Assembly (NCBI GenBank): GCA_002633005.1
Contig: NMRA01000073.1
Span: 890,911 to 954,910 of the forward strand
DNA from: Phoronis australis
Lineage: Eukaryota > Animalia > Phoronida
Direction of reading: 5' to 3'
DNA length: 64,000 nt
Both the position numbers and the translations under genes were made by a program. Under the pieces are notes generated by a model. That model was given only the letters and a program-made list of their open reading frames with translations, did no database searches and was not told the origin of the DNA. The first letter of the stretch is position 1. Each line of letters begins with the position of its first letter. This document shows, in pieces, positions 26,401-39,269 of the stretch.

Positions 26401-29400
26401 GTATTGCTACAAAACGCTGGTGAGAATGAACTCCTGTTACCCCTGGTCTTTACAAGACATTTATCATCAAAGATCACTATAAACAGTTTTGCTAATAAAA
26501 TCAAGACTTGCTGAAATATGCTTTTAAAAAATGAAATACTAGCATATCTTAGTCAGGGGCACCGGCCATTAAAAATCACACAACCAATTTGATTGTATGA
26601 GGAATAAACACTTGTGAAGGTGGTCAAGCCAGTGAAGATGGAACGACAGATGCCTCAAATGGAAATAACTCGGCTCAGCTCATAGCTCCATCTGCAGCAA
26701 AAATGAAACGCGGTTGTTTTATCTCGTGAGGCAAATGTACCTCTTGTTGGATGTCTTTAACCCTGTGAGAGTGAATCCTCACACAATGCAAATGAGAACA
26801 GCTAAAGCTATAGTTACTTTTAGTATACGGTGAAAATTTTCACATCAATGAGAACAAGTTGAGACCAATCATTATAGTGGTAAGTTGTCGAAATCTACCG
26901 TGAGTTTCTTCAAAGGAACACAGGTTTATAGCCCTTCTGAGATATTTTTGTCCCTCCAGGGCTCGACATAACGAGCTGCAGGTCGCATTTGCGACCTGAA
27001 ATTTGGAAGTGCGAGCTGAGATTTTTGTCAGCTCGTATCAGTTCGCAAAATGAGACCTGGAATTTCCAACGAATGCGAGCTGAGTTTTTACACTTCTCAA
27101 CAGATACCTGGCAAATACAAAGCAGCTCTTGTAAATCCGACCGTTATTTGGTTGTCGCCAAATCCAAGTTCAAAACAACACTAACCGAGAACAGCCCTCC
27201 CGATGACTTGTAAGCAAGTCCCGTGAACATGAGATATGCAGAATCAATCTTTGGCGCGTTTCATTGTCTAACACTTTCGGCCTCTTTTGTAAATTCCCGG
27301 ATTCGCCGAAGAAAGTTTCGGGCCACTGCTTAACACGTGATAAAACTTCACAAAACAACGGTGTTTCTACTAATTCTTAAGCGATCAACTTACCAAACTC
27401 TGTGGTGGACAAAAATGTTTATTTTTCACATAAGATGTCCTTATTACATGTACCAAACATCCACGACAATATCCCTAATATCGCACTGCGGCACCGTTAC
27501 CGCAAGCGGTCCCGGCAGACAATCGTGACTTAGAGACAGAGATGTGCTTCTCCTTTTTATCGTATTAAGACAGCCAAAATGAAAAGGACAACCTTATTAA
27601 TCGCCAAACGACGGTCACGTCTTTACTTTCAGTTGCCAAGAAATTCTCAAACCCTTTACTTGTTTCTGGGGCTTCGTGCGTGAAATATGATACGTCTTTC
27701 ACACGTTGTTGCCAACGTAAAGTGTAGGCCTACTCCAGCGATTCAAGTGCTTGAACTCACACGTGCGCACCACTTCAAAGAACAGCCACATTCCTAAATG
27801 AAAGAGTATACCGGCTTGGCTCTGGTTTATTTGAAAATAAACTCAGATTCCCAGCGGTTATAAAAGACCCGATATCCCGGGATCGATACAACCCAGAACT
27901 GACGTTTTCCTGTTCCGATGTTTCCCGAGGTCGATGTTCTGTAAACCCTGTATTCTATGCCCGTAGCCAGCTATTGCAACTAAACTGGCACTTATAGATG
28001 CGAAATTGTGGTTCAAGTTAGCGAGTTAGCGAACTTCTCTTTATGCACCCCTCCCCCGGCAACTTTTCGCTCCCCGAACCACCGTCGTCGTAAAATGTTC
28101 AGACTCCTATAGAAACAACCTTGTTCCGGCTGAAGCGGGCAGTTAAAAACAAAATCATTCCGGGTGGCTAAAAAGGGTACAATGTAGGTGGTAACGATAT
28201 CCAGAAAGTCACCCCTACTAGATGGAGTTTTCCTCGCAAAATCGTATTATTATAACGTTTCTTACCATNGAAAGTTAAAACTAGTGACATGCGTGTCGTT
28301 TTGTGACTGACCTATTTTTCCCGTACGACTTTGATGACAGCCAGTAGCAGGCCAGATCTAACAAAATCCCGGATACTTTTTCAACGGGCATTTTCTCCCT
28401 TTTCACATCGCAAATTTAGCTACTCAAATGCACAAGTCAGTTAGAGAGCACTGACAGCTTTCACATCGGCAACTTGCCTTGTGCTCTAGAGTCTTTCAAT
28501 GGCAGTCGTGAAGAACAGTAAGGCCGTACCTGCATGAATGAAGTCAATTTTGAGATCCGAAATTTGTGAGTATTTAACACTGCAGGTAAGAGCATAATCT
28601 AAACATTTTCTTGATGATCTAAAAATCTATTTTGGCGCGTAAAAATGTCGGGAAAATTTTGCGACCTGGCATTTACGAATGCGAGCTGGATTTTGAAAAT
28701 GCGACCTGGGATTTTGGCTAGGTCGCAAAATGCGACCTGGCGATTTTAATAGCGTCGAGCCCTGCCCTCCCAAATCTGTTTTCCATATTGAAAGTAAAAA
28801 AGCAAGCATTTTTGTGTTACGAGCTACCTTGAAAATTTAATTTGGACAAAATGTTCCTTGAGAAAAGTCTCCAAACACTCTACTTGAATTGTGAAACTTA
28901 GTGCCTATAACTAGTGGACCTCTGGACAATCCATGAAAAGAATCCTATGTTAACACCCTAATCAGTCCAGATTGGTCAACCAGTCTGAGAATCTACCGGT
29001 TTAGATCAAAGACACCATGTTGTAGAGGTTACTTAAATTGTCTCAGCGTGGTGTTGTTATCATTCTCTAGATAATGAGACTCATCATAAACACATTAGGG
29101 GAAACAGCAGTACTCTTAAATTTTCCCTTGGAAAGTTGTAAACAGCATATTTGAATAGTTCATGAAAATCACACATGATTAGGTATTTGAATTTTGAAAA
29201 GTGGACAAGAAATGTGAATTCTACTGGCTAAAACATTTGTTCAATTATATGTTCCTCATTAATTCTATTGGGTGTGCAACATAATTGGGCCAATTACCAA
29301 ATCACCAGGCAGCAGCTGAATTTTATGTCATGAGGTAAGCCAAGAGTTATAATACAATTCTAATGGCATGTGCGGAACTGTAGTTCCTGAACTTGTAAAC

Positions 29401-29881
29401 CACCGCAATAATTAACACCTGTGGCTTCTCACCAGAGGACAATTGGGCCTTCGTGCTAAGGTCAGCTAAGGAGCTAAGGTCTATGGCTTGAAGCAAGACG
29501 GGTGTTTTGCCTTGAACTCTTGATTACCTGAGCGCCAAAGCGGACGGCCTTTTCGATCAACTGTCGACAAGTCGCAAAATTGTTATCTTTGTTCGAGGTG
29601 GAGGTCATCTGGCAAACCGCAACAGCACCATTCCGCTTTTCTGACGAAGTCAAGTCGGAATCTGAGTAGCTGGACGACATTTTCCTCCGTCTCAGCACCC
29701 GTGAAGCCCAGAGCCCGAGAGCAAGGCAACGAGATGGCGAGTTTTCAAGTTTTCCAACCTTTGAATTGATTACTTTGTCGCCAATTAAGCTCCCTTGGAA
29801 ATTGGCATTCGTTTGGACCGTGTGGTAATAGCAATGCACCGGAAATTGTTTTAACAAACAGGCTGAAAGCCGAAAAAACAT
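15024..29881 (-). CDS. NitFhit: NitFhit: Nit1 (deaminated glutathione amidase) fused to Fhit (diadenosine triphosphate hydrolase), about 525 aa. Exons 29881-29528, 26224-~26069, 25590-25465, 24120-24043, 22556-22446, 20807-20706 (duplicate copy 18998-18897), 17920-17758, 17495-17370, 17002-16827, 16047-15979, 15140-15024
   Basis: Nitrilase triad motifs VFLPECFD (E), YCKTHL (K) and [10 protein letters not shown] (C), plus [17 protein letters not shown] and SYGHAMVVDPWG. Fhit motifs [39 protein letters not shown] and RSAEDM. Exon phases join in frame. Confidence 0.93.
17003..17369 (-). other. U12-type (minor spliceosome) GT-AG intron in the Fhit half
   Basis: 5' splice site GTATCTTTT; branch point ACCTTAAC about 10 nt before the 3' AG; no long polypyrimidine tract. 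Confidence 0.85.
18526..22122. repeat. About 1.8-kb tandem duplication (18526-20311 and 20313-22122) containing NitFhit exon 6, split by a single N
   Basis: Near-identical copies with scattered SNPs and indels; N at 20312 lies exactly at the junction. Confidence 0.9.
22557..24042 (-). other. U12-type GT-AG intron in the Nit1 half
   Basis: 5' splice site GTATCCTTAC; branch-like CTCCTTAGC close to the 3' CAG. It separates GLGV from CYDLRFPE. Confidence 0.8.
26957..28764. mobile_element. Non-autonomous hAT-like TIR element in NitFhit intron 1, 5-bp TSD CCCTC
   Basis: CCCTC|CAGGGCTCGAC ... GTCGAGCCCTG|CCCTC, with subterminal GCGACCTG/GCGAGCTG repeats at both ends. One N at 28269. Confidence 0.7.
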
Positions 29882-30491
29882 ACCATACTGATACTCTCGC
29901 CCCTTAGCTCAAGCACTGGGCTCAATGCTCTTGAAGCTTCTGCCACCTGGCGATGACGTGAGATATACAGCTTCGCCATCTATTGGGATGAGCTAATCAC
30001 TAGAAGGGGCAACTCAACGGTTTCTCGAAGAGTTTATTATTGTCTTTAAGCTAAAAATCAGTCTACGGACTTAAACTTGTTCACGAAATCAGGCTAAGGC
30101 TAACACCCACAATTTTGTCTACAGATCGAAGCCAAAATAAAGAAATCGGTTGCCAGCTTAGAAGGCAGGCTAAAGCCAAAATATCAACTATCTCCGGCGT
30201 AACCCTACTATGCTCTGCACTCGAGAGTTGGTTAGTTACCAACAACTATCTCCGTCACTGATCAGATTCTTCGAAAAGACCCTGGACTTGATACATATGT
30301 CCTCACTTTCCGCATCCCAGTGTAGCTAACCCACTCCCAAGGTCAACACACAACGCACTGCCAAGACTACTCCGCCAAGGGCAGTTAATAGGCCTACTCC
30401 AAAATACGAACTTGTCTCTGAAAATGTTGAAAAATCAAAAAAGACCAATCACAGCTATCGGGAATTTAATCTTAAGGTTACTATACTTTCA

Positions 30492-30590
<99 letters not shown>
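30492..30590. repeat. (AAT)n microsatellite
   Basis: About 33 AAT units; source of the poly-Ile ORF. Confidence 0.97.
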
Positions 30591-31103
30591 TCTTATTATT
30601 GATGCAACATGAATGAAATAAATGTTGCTGCCAACTTATTCAATCTTAGCACGCGGTGTCAAATTTGTTTAAAACTCGTGAGGGTTGACACAGGTCATAT
30701 GGTATCAGATTGTTTCCAAGACGCAGTTATGGTTAAATAAAACAAGATTAATGAAAATAAACTTCACCATACACACCCGGTGGGAGTCCATCATAACACA
30801 CAACTCTGATAAAATGTAAAATCTTTCACTTGTTTAATTCAATTGATTATTAACTCATGAAATATTTGAATCTTTCTACATAAAGACAAAAATGAAACTG
30901 ATGTCGTTTAACTAGCTTTTTTCAAAGTAATATATTTTCTTAATTGAAAGCACTTATCTGTACACAGCTAAAAGTTTTGAACATAACTTGTGTTTAATTC
31001 TGTTTGAGTTCTTAGAGTGTCTGAGAAACACAACAAAGCATTTCGGAATTTTGTAATTGCATGTATTCGTTACTCTTTAGTATAGTGCAAAATTTTTTAT
31101 TCT

Positions 31104-34100
31104 TCAGTGTTCTACGCTTTCACAATTTTCGTTATCTGGTGTGTGTGCTTCGGTTGCGTCTTCTATTTTCTGATTAACAGAAGGATTGGTGTCACCGTGG
31201 AAACTGGCAAGCAATTCTTTTGTCCCGATGTCGCAACCTACATCAAAATCTTCCTTCTGACTTCTGGCATTATCAAAGTGAAAACTCATATAATTGCGGA
31301 GCTCTTCGTACTTTTTCCGTTGTATATCTTCCACCCCGTAACCTCGGTCTGCGCCCTGTTGCTCGAACAATTTTCTGATACAAGTTTTACCGTAGTTTTC
31401 ACCGTCCACGAGGCGCTGGCTAAGAACAGCTGACGAGAAATTGGGCACACCTAATATGTCAACGGATAATGTACTCACGTTGGCTATGTTAGTCTGTTGT
31501 TCATTCATTGCCGCCTGTTCAGACATAAGCTGCGACATTAAGTCCTGAAAATGACAACACGTCTTGTTTTCTCCAGTTGATTCAGTGAAGCAACCACACA
31601 CAAATTTTGCATCCTGCGCTACGTGATCGTTCTTTAATTCAACCAATACATTTTCTTTTCCATCGGCGTTATTCTTCAAATACTCTAAAATTGTGTCGCT
31701 TCTCTGAAACAGACCACTTAGATTGCCATTTTCGCTTTCTTCAAACCCTAACACAGACGTTTTTGCTGCGCCGTTTCCTCCATTGGCTGTACGACCCAAT
31801 CGCAACACATGGCCAACGTCCTCGTCCTCGGCGTTCATCAATATCTCAAGCTGGTCTTGTTTGCTTTCAGAGGTTTGGACATTAGGCTGCAATTCATGCG
31901 GATCAACATTACATACGGCTTTGGAATCATCTCCACCTTCAACAGTTTCTACATGATCTTGATCAGTTACGCATTCGTTTTCATTCCTAACGAGATTCAG
32001 TGGTGATCTAGTACTTGTTAAGTCTCCTTCTTCATTGGCTCTGTCTTCATGTTTGTCGTCCAATAATACTTGTTGACTATGTTGACTGCTGACCGTGGCT
32101 TGAAAACTTGGCAGTTCCAGCGGTTCGACGTTATAAGCGTCCTCGGAATCAACTACACGGTCTTCCCTTATGCTGTCAAAGTGATAGCTCATAAACTGAC
32201 GGAGCTCTTCGTCTTTTTGTTTCTGTACATCATCAGGCACTTCTTTGGCATGCTCGAACACTTTTCGAATACAACTTTTACTGGACCCTTCCCCCTCAAT
32301 GCTCTGTTGACTAAGTATAGCTGAGGCATGACTAGGCACACCTAAAATGTTCAGCGACAGCTTACTAACGTTGGCTGTGTCAATGCGCTTTGTCTCATCG
32401 CAGGTTTTATCACAGGTGAGTTGTGATAAAATGTTTTGAAAATGACAGCATGACTTATTCTCCCCAGATGATTCTGGGTAACAAGTACAAGTGTACATTG
32501 GATGACAATACAAATGATCTCTCTCCAATTCTGACAAAGTCTGATATTCACTATCAATTGTGTCTTTCAAAGTTTCCAACATTGAGTCACCTCTCTTAAG
32601 AAGACATCTGATGTTTTCATTTTCGCCGTTCATTATGTATCTACATTCGTCGTCAGATTGACCGTCATTCTGAACAACAGGTGCACCTTCATCTCTTGAC
32701 GTTATCTCATTCGGAACATCGTATCCATCTTTTGGACCGCTCTCATCAACACCTTGAAGATCGACCTTTGAAATTTCTTCATGCACAGCAGTCTCATTCT
32801 GGCGTGCGCTTTCAAACGTCCCATTCTCTTGCATTCCTGAATGTTCCCTCAAGACACCCAAATCATCCATTGGTTTTATCGTTTCTTCACCTATCCAAAT
32901 TCCTGTTTTATGGCTGTATTCTTCACTACTTCGTACCACAGATTCTTGTTCATCTTTTGNAGAAGACATCTGATGTTTTCATTTTCGCCGTTCATTATGT
33001 ATCTACATTCGTCGTCAGATTGACCGTCATTCTGAACAACAGGTGCACCTTCATCTCTTGACGTTATCTCATTCGGAACATCGTATCCATCTTTTGGACC
33101 GCTCTCATCAACACCTTGAAAATCGACCTTTGAAATTTCTTCATGCACAGCAGTCTCATTCTGGCGTGCGCTTTCAAACGTACCATTCTCTTGCATTCCT
33201 GAATGTTCCCTTAAGACACCCAAATCATCCATTGGTTTTATCGTTTCTTCACCTATCCAAATTTCTGTTTTATGGCTGTATTCTTCACTACTTCGTACCA
33301 CAGATTCTTGTTCATCTTTTGGCATTATTTTACTCGCAACGTCGTGTACATCCTTTGGTTCGTTTTCGCCAACATCATGGAAATGAACCTTTGGCATCTC
33401 TTCATGCACAACAAGCTCTTTATCGCCTATACATCCTGGCGTCCCATTCTCCTCAATTCCTGATAGATCCTCCAAGTCATCCAAACCACTTATTACCTTT
33501 GTCGCTTCTCCACTTAATACAGGTACTGTATCATCTACCGCTTGATGTTTGCATTCGTGATCAGATTGGCCGCTAATCTGTACCACGGACTCATCTCCGT
33601 CTGGTGATGTCATTTCATTCGCAACGTCGTATCCATCCATTGCTATAGTTTCACCGACAGTGTGAAAGTCAACCGTTGACATCCCTTCATGCACGTCAAG
33701 CTCTTTATTACCTGTACTTTCGAGCGCCACATTCTCCTCAATTCCTGGTTGATCCTCCAAGTCCTTCAAACCACTAACTACTTTTGTCATCTCTCCAATT
33801 GGTGCATTTCCTGAATAATCTGCCGTTTTATGACTACTGTCGCGATCAGATAGGCCGCTAATTTGTGCCACGGACTCATATCCATCTGTTGATGTTATCT
33901 CATCCGCAACACCGTATCGATCCTTTGCAACAGTTTCACCAACATCTTGACGATCGACATTGGGCATTTCTTCAAGCGCAGAAAGCTCATTTTCGCCAGT
34001 GCTTTCGAGCGTCCCATCCTCCTGTATCTCTGATTGATCCTGCAACCCATCCAAATCTGTCTTTGCTGTTATCTTCACTTCACTTCGTGTCTCATTCTCT

Positions 34101-35653
34101 GTTTTGTGGCTGCATTCATGGCAAGGTTGGGCGCCATCTTTTACTGCACGCTTATGTTCATCTAAGCCAGTATTTGTGGAACTTGTCGGATCCACATTCC
34201 ACACAACAGGTGTTGAGGTAGATGATGCATAATCTTCGGAAAAAAATTCTGTTTCATTACTCTCAAATCCATTTCCCTTCCTCACAGAACTTACATTGCT
34301 CTCACCGCTCGTATCTTCTGAAGAGTTTGTGAAAAGAGCCCCGTAATTGCCGCCGTGTTTAGAAGTATCATGCGTAACAGTCGCCATTTTCCCTTGTCGA
34401 TCAGTGACTTCAGAATCCGTTTCACTTTCACCGTTTTCAAACGTAAGTGCCACGTGCACTTCAAGCTTAGAGCTTTTCAGTGTGACACAACTTTTATATG
34501 TCTTACCGTGTTTATTTTTTTCGTCTACTTCTGGTATCTTACTTGTGCTCACATTTATGTCACCATCGTCATTTCCAGTTTCCTTAGCGACATCCTGACC
34601 AATTATCTCCCCATCAATTTTTAAGTCTTCAATACTAATTTTGCCGTCTTTCGTGGTGTCTTCATTTAGCGCATCAATCTGTTGGATATCGACTTCTACA
34701 GGTTCTTGATAGCTTCCACTCAGCAGTACTTCAATGTCGTTATTGCTCTCTTCACCATTATGCGTGTATTTGATGTCTACGATAGCATCCGAAAACCCTT
34801 CATCTGTAAGCTGAAGATAATGACTATCGTTTCTGGGACAGGTCGGAACTTTTTCGGCGTCGGAACTTGTTTTAGACAACAAGATTTCGTCCATCATGTT
34901 ACTTTGTGTTTTTTCAGACGCTTGTACGCCAGCTGTGATTGGGTCCAGCGGAAGATCTTGGGAGTTGCATTGCAGATCTTGAATTTCCAAGGCGACGATC
35001 AGATTGGCTTGTGTATCATCTTCAGTAACTTGGGAAACAGATGTCGCCGAATTCTGCATTTCTGATTCATTGTCGAGCATTGATTCTGCCATGCCACTAT
35101 CTACTTGCAGCTCACATTCTTGTGTTGTCTTCAGATTCAAGTGCTCCGCACCAGGCTCGCGTTCAAACACAGCACCTGTAACTTCCCCAAATGCATGCCC
35201 AGCATCAAGCGAAACAACTGCAGAGTTCGTATCCCGGTTTTCTGAAGTTGGAATGGAAGGTTCAGTTACGAGTTCAAGGTTAGACGAGACAGTGCCTGTT
35301 GTTGCAGTAACCAATACTTCTTCTTTGTCAGTGTGAGCAACTGCTTCAGAAGAATGCATGTCTTGGGTAGTAACATCACCTCTCTCCTTCACAAAATCTG
35401 AAGCGAATTTTTCAATTTCTGAAAGCATGTCCACTTCTTTAAAGCTCCCCAGTTTCGCCTCATCCGGTTGTGTTGGATGTACCACTGACTCGACTAATGC
35501 CTGTATATGCTCTACTGAAGGACGTCTTTCCACAACGTTGGCGTTATCTTCTGACTTCGAGAAAATGCCGCCAATCCTCAAGAGGTAGTAACCTACAGCT
35601 GCGCCAACAAGTGTCAACGGCACGATAATCATTCCAGCAGATGTCAAATTCAC
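31104..35653 (-). CDS. Giant terminal exon of an unrecognised acidic membrane-anchored protein (about 1395 aa once the 362-nt artefact duplication is collapsed): N-terminal TM, ~87-95-aa acidic repeats, two Cys/His SWIM-like domains
   Basis: Acceptor CTTTCAG|GTG at 35653; TM segment IIVPLTLVGAAVGYYLL. The 920-aa and 621-aa ORFs merge in frame if 362 nt around the N at 32960 are removed (4550-362=4188 nt). Confidence 0.75.
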
Positions 35654-35783
35654 CTGAAAGTAATTGTTTAGTGGGATGAAACGACGTGAACCAACACCTC
35701 AACTGTTGCACAGATACATAAGTGTATCTGATACCAGACAACAAGTATCAGACAACAATTGGGAGTAAAAAGCCATAACTCAC

Positions 35784-36047
35784 CCCATAGATACCTCCTT
35801 CCGCAATCAAATCAGGTGACATAGCTGGTGACTCCGAGACTGAAAGCTGCTCAGGGGGAAGAAATTCAAGAGCTCTCCATATTTCTTCTGAGTGTTTCAA
35901 AGGATAGCTAAGAAAACGAATAGGTAATAGCGAAGAAAATGTTGGAGTTCCGGTTTCTATCCCTTGGCCTTTTTCTTGAATGTCTGATGCGGTAAAAAGT
36001 AACCCGTTTATTGCACATACGAACTGCTGAAATGCTCTGGAATACAA
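35784..36047 (-). CDS. Probable upstream exon of the 31104-35653 gene
   Basis: Open frame ending ...MSPDLIAEGGIYG|GTGAGT (phase 0); a 130-nt intron joins it in frame to VNLTSAG. The 5' boundary is uncertain. Confidence 0.5.
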
Positions 36048-36603
36048 CGAAAGAAAAATTCAACGCACAAATGTCGCAGGACTGCACAGAATCCTTAACA
36101 CATGTATACTACAAAAGATCAGCTTCATTAAAACCAGTAGGAACAATGATTTTTCTACGGTTCATTTCCAAAAACAACTTCCTTTAGAGGCATAAGTGCT
36201 CTACCAAAGCAACGTCATAGAATTTTCGTCCTTTGAATTGAACTGAAATCGATACGGTCGCAATTCCCTGACCATCACTATGCCGTAGTCTATGACTTGC
36301 CGTGACAGACAACTTAATGGGCACGATCTGTAGCAAAAAAAACAATCAACCAGTTGTTGGAATAAAGACCAATTAAATCAATGGCGTAAATAAAAAATGT
36401 TTTCTGATAGAAGGCACGGCTTCACTTTTAATGGAAATTGCACATTACAATTTCCATAGTGCCACCACTCGTTTTCTGCACCTTCTCTATAATTTCACAG
36501 AACGGTCACTAAATTATGAATGCATGTGACGAATATTGTTGAAAAAATAATCTGCCGATGAAAAAATAATCGTCAAAAACTCAGTAAGTTTGAATAAATG
36601 TAC

Positions 36604-36701
36604 ATCATATCATGTGCATGAAACTCACCTGTCTAATTTATCCTCATTTAAAATCATATCATGTGTATGAAACTCACCTGTCTAATTTGTCCTCATTTAA
36701 A
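36604..36701. repeat. Tandem direct repeat, 2 x 49 bp
   Basis: ATCATATCATGTG(C/T)ATGAAACTCACCTGTCTAATTT(A/G)TCCTCATTTAAA occurs twice. Confidence 0.9.
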
Positions 36702-37899
36702 ACGTCATGTGTACAAGAATCCAATTTACGTAAAACATAATCCATGATGACGGTACAGATTCGTGTAAAGAATAGCTGAAACAAAACCATACGTTATCCT
36801 GTTTTAGCCTATAAAGCAAGAATTAACCAAGACTAGATTACATTAATCTTTCACTTCCGACTCTCTATCAATGTCAAAAGCCTGCAACTCTTTTAAAATC
36901 AGCTGACGTCTTTTCAAGGGGAAGCCTGCCTACTTCAAATCATAACATCTGCGCTGAAACACAAGTATTTTAGCCAAGCATACTTTAACTGCACTGGTCA
37001 GAGTAGACAACTTTCCTCACGCGCACACCGCAAGGGCGTAATTCTCACTAGCAGCATCCCGAATGTAATTTTTCTTGTGAACTGTTGCCCTTTCGGTCCG
37101 TGAGGTACGAAGATTGTCTCCCCTGCTGGAATGGAAACATTCTAACCTCGCCACCAATTCAGTAGTCCACGTTTTTCAAATGTACGCGGGATTGACTGAA
37201 TCAGCAGTTCGCCCTGTTAAGCTGGCTATGAAACGAAATCGAATTAGAGCTTTTACTCTCAAAATCGGTCTCATATTATTCCTCACCGTGATGATACTCT
37301 GCTTCCAATATCAACTAGAACATCGAAACCATCAGGTAACCTAAAACGCTTTGTAGTTTAAATTACAGATTCGAAAATGGAACATGTGCGCAATGTATGT
37401 GACTTGAGTTGTAGACGGAGAATTTGAAAACTCTATCGGGATGAAAGATTTTTTATTTCGCCTGTGTTCCAAAAATAGCGAAACCCAACGATTTATTCTA
37501 GAAATTCTTGTAACATTCAAAAGGAATAAATCCCACGTTAGCATCCCCAAGACGTGGAAGGTATTTTTCATGAGCTTCGCGTTCCATACAAATGTTTACT
37601 GCCTTCGAGATTTAAAGAGACCTGATAACGTTGTTTCTAACGTGGTAACGTGGTATGAACCTATCTCTTAAATCTACCAGTAGTTGGCAACATAACATGA
37701 AATGCGCTTCTGTCTCAATCTCTCCTGTATTACAAATATTACAATTTGTTTCACTTCGAGGAATACCATTTCTTCTGCCGCTGAGAGTTGAAATCTAATG
37801 ATCGCCATGTAAAATATCTGCTGATGTGTCATCAGCACACATAAATACTTTTCGCAAGACAATTCTGACTTAATTCCTCTGTAAAATTGTCATTTATTT

Positions 37900-38600
37900 G
37901 TATTTTCTACTACCGACAACCAACTTTGAAAGTTAACATCGCTCAGCTTTTGTTTGAATTCCGAAAAAATATGGTTGACCACTGACTCCCCGTTTCAACC
38001 ATGCACGACGGAAACCAGTTGTTTTTAAACGGGCACACCAACTATTTCGACCGTGAAATTACATTTCATATAACACCAAAAACATTGTTTAGAAGTCTCA
38101 TCATTTTGCATTTTCAATATTTTGAAAAAATACTATATAGGCCCAGAGACCAATGACCAACTTATTCTCCAGTATATAGGCCTACATACATGTATGTACA
38201 TGTAAGACACAGATAAATCATCACTGCCGCATTTTCCCTTCGCTTTGGCGTTGGTCGTCTAATACCAGTAGGCAGTAACCATTTACAAAATTTCGTTTGA
38301 TGATCTTTTTCAATTACTTTTCTGTTGCTAGTACCCCATATCTGTGGCCCATGGAATAAAATAGATGCTGTCATTGTGCCAAACAATTTAACAATGGGTT
38401 TCTTCTAGGCTCCGTTTTACACAGTGTTTATGCTTTCTGCTTTACATCTCTCCTGCAGCGAGTTGTCAAAATTAATCTACCAGAAAATACAATCCCTAAA
38501 TATTCATTGCACTATAACTGTAAGTGCTCAATTCAAAACTTCTATAATGTTATTTTTCTGTTCTTTTCAGTTGCTCAAGTTGTTGAAACCGACTATTTTT
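37900..38600 (-). mobile_element. Decayed non-LTR retrotransposon (LINE) ORF2 3' fragment
   Basis: LFGTMTASILFHGPQIWG...VIEKDHQTKFCKWLL resembles the post-RT segment (LF..MV.PIL.YG.EIWG...IE..H.KFCK.LL) of invertebrate LINEs. Stops and frameshifts present; boundaries approximate. Confidence 0.55.
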
Positions 38601-39269
38601 GACCCGTAAATGTTTACATACATACTTACTTTTGTTTTAATTCTAATACACCCAATCGCCTCTGTAACTCAGCAACAGAGTCGCCAACTATGGTATCATC
38701 GTCGGCATATAGTAATGAAGCATGTTTTCCGGTGTTTTAAAAGCGGTTCTAAAACTTTTCCAGTCTCGATCTCTGCTCTTCATATGCAGTGTAGTTCAAA
38801 AGCCATTATATGGCGAGTCAAAGTGTAACAATAATTTGAGTGCATTTTTCATGAAAATTCATAAAATACAGCACTATTCAAAGATTAACATTGATGTAAT
38901 ATCCATAAAAAATACGATGTGAATTTGTATTATTGTGTACTCAGATTTCGTTGGATGAACTTGCATATATCATATGTTGATATTATGAAGGCAAGGTCGT
39001 CTGAAGAGTCTGTGCACGTAATAGAATATTCAAGAGTGATATACCTTAACATGCGCCTATGACCAATTCAATTTCTCATATCTTTGTTACCATATGTCAT
39101 CACTCATATTCCGCGAAGTTGTTAAATAGTGTAATCTGTCGTGGAATATAATATTTGATAATGCCCCTGCCCCTGTGCCCTTGCTGAGTTTACTGGGTGA
39201 CGTTACATTCTTATGACGTCACGATGCATTAAGTAAATCATGAATATTATGGATTGCTACTCAAAAGAA

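Noticed and set aside
30412-30612. ORF with a poly-isoleucine hydrophobic stretch
   Set aside because: It is only the translation of the (AAT)n microsatellite.
32599-33321. Apparent frameshift or two overlapping genes (920-aa and 621-aa ORFs), or programmed frameshifting
   Set aside because: A near-identical duplication with a 362-nt offset is centred on the N at 32960; collapsing it restores one reading frame, so it is a contig-overlap artefact.
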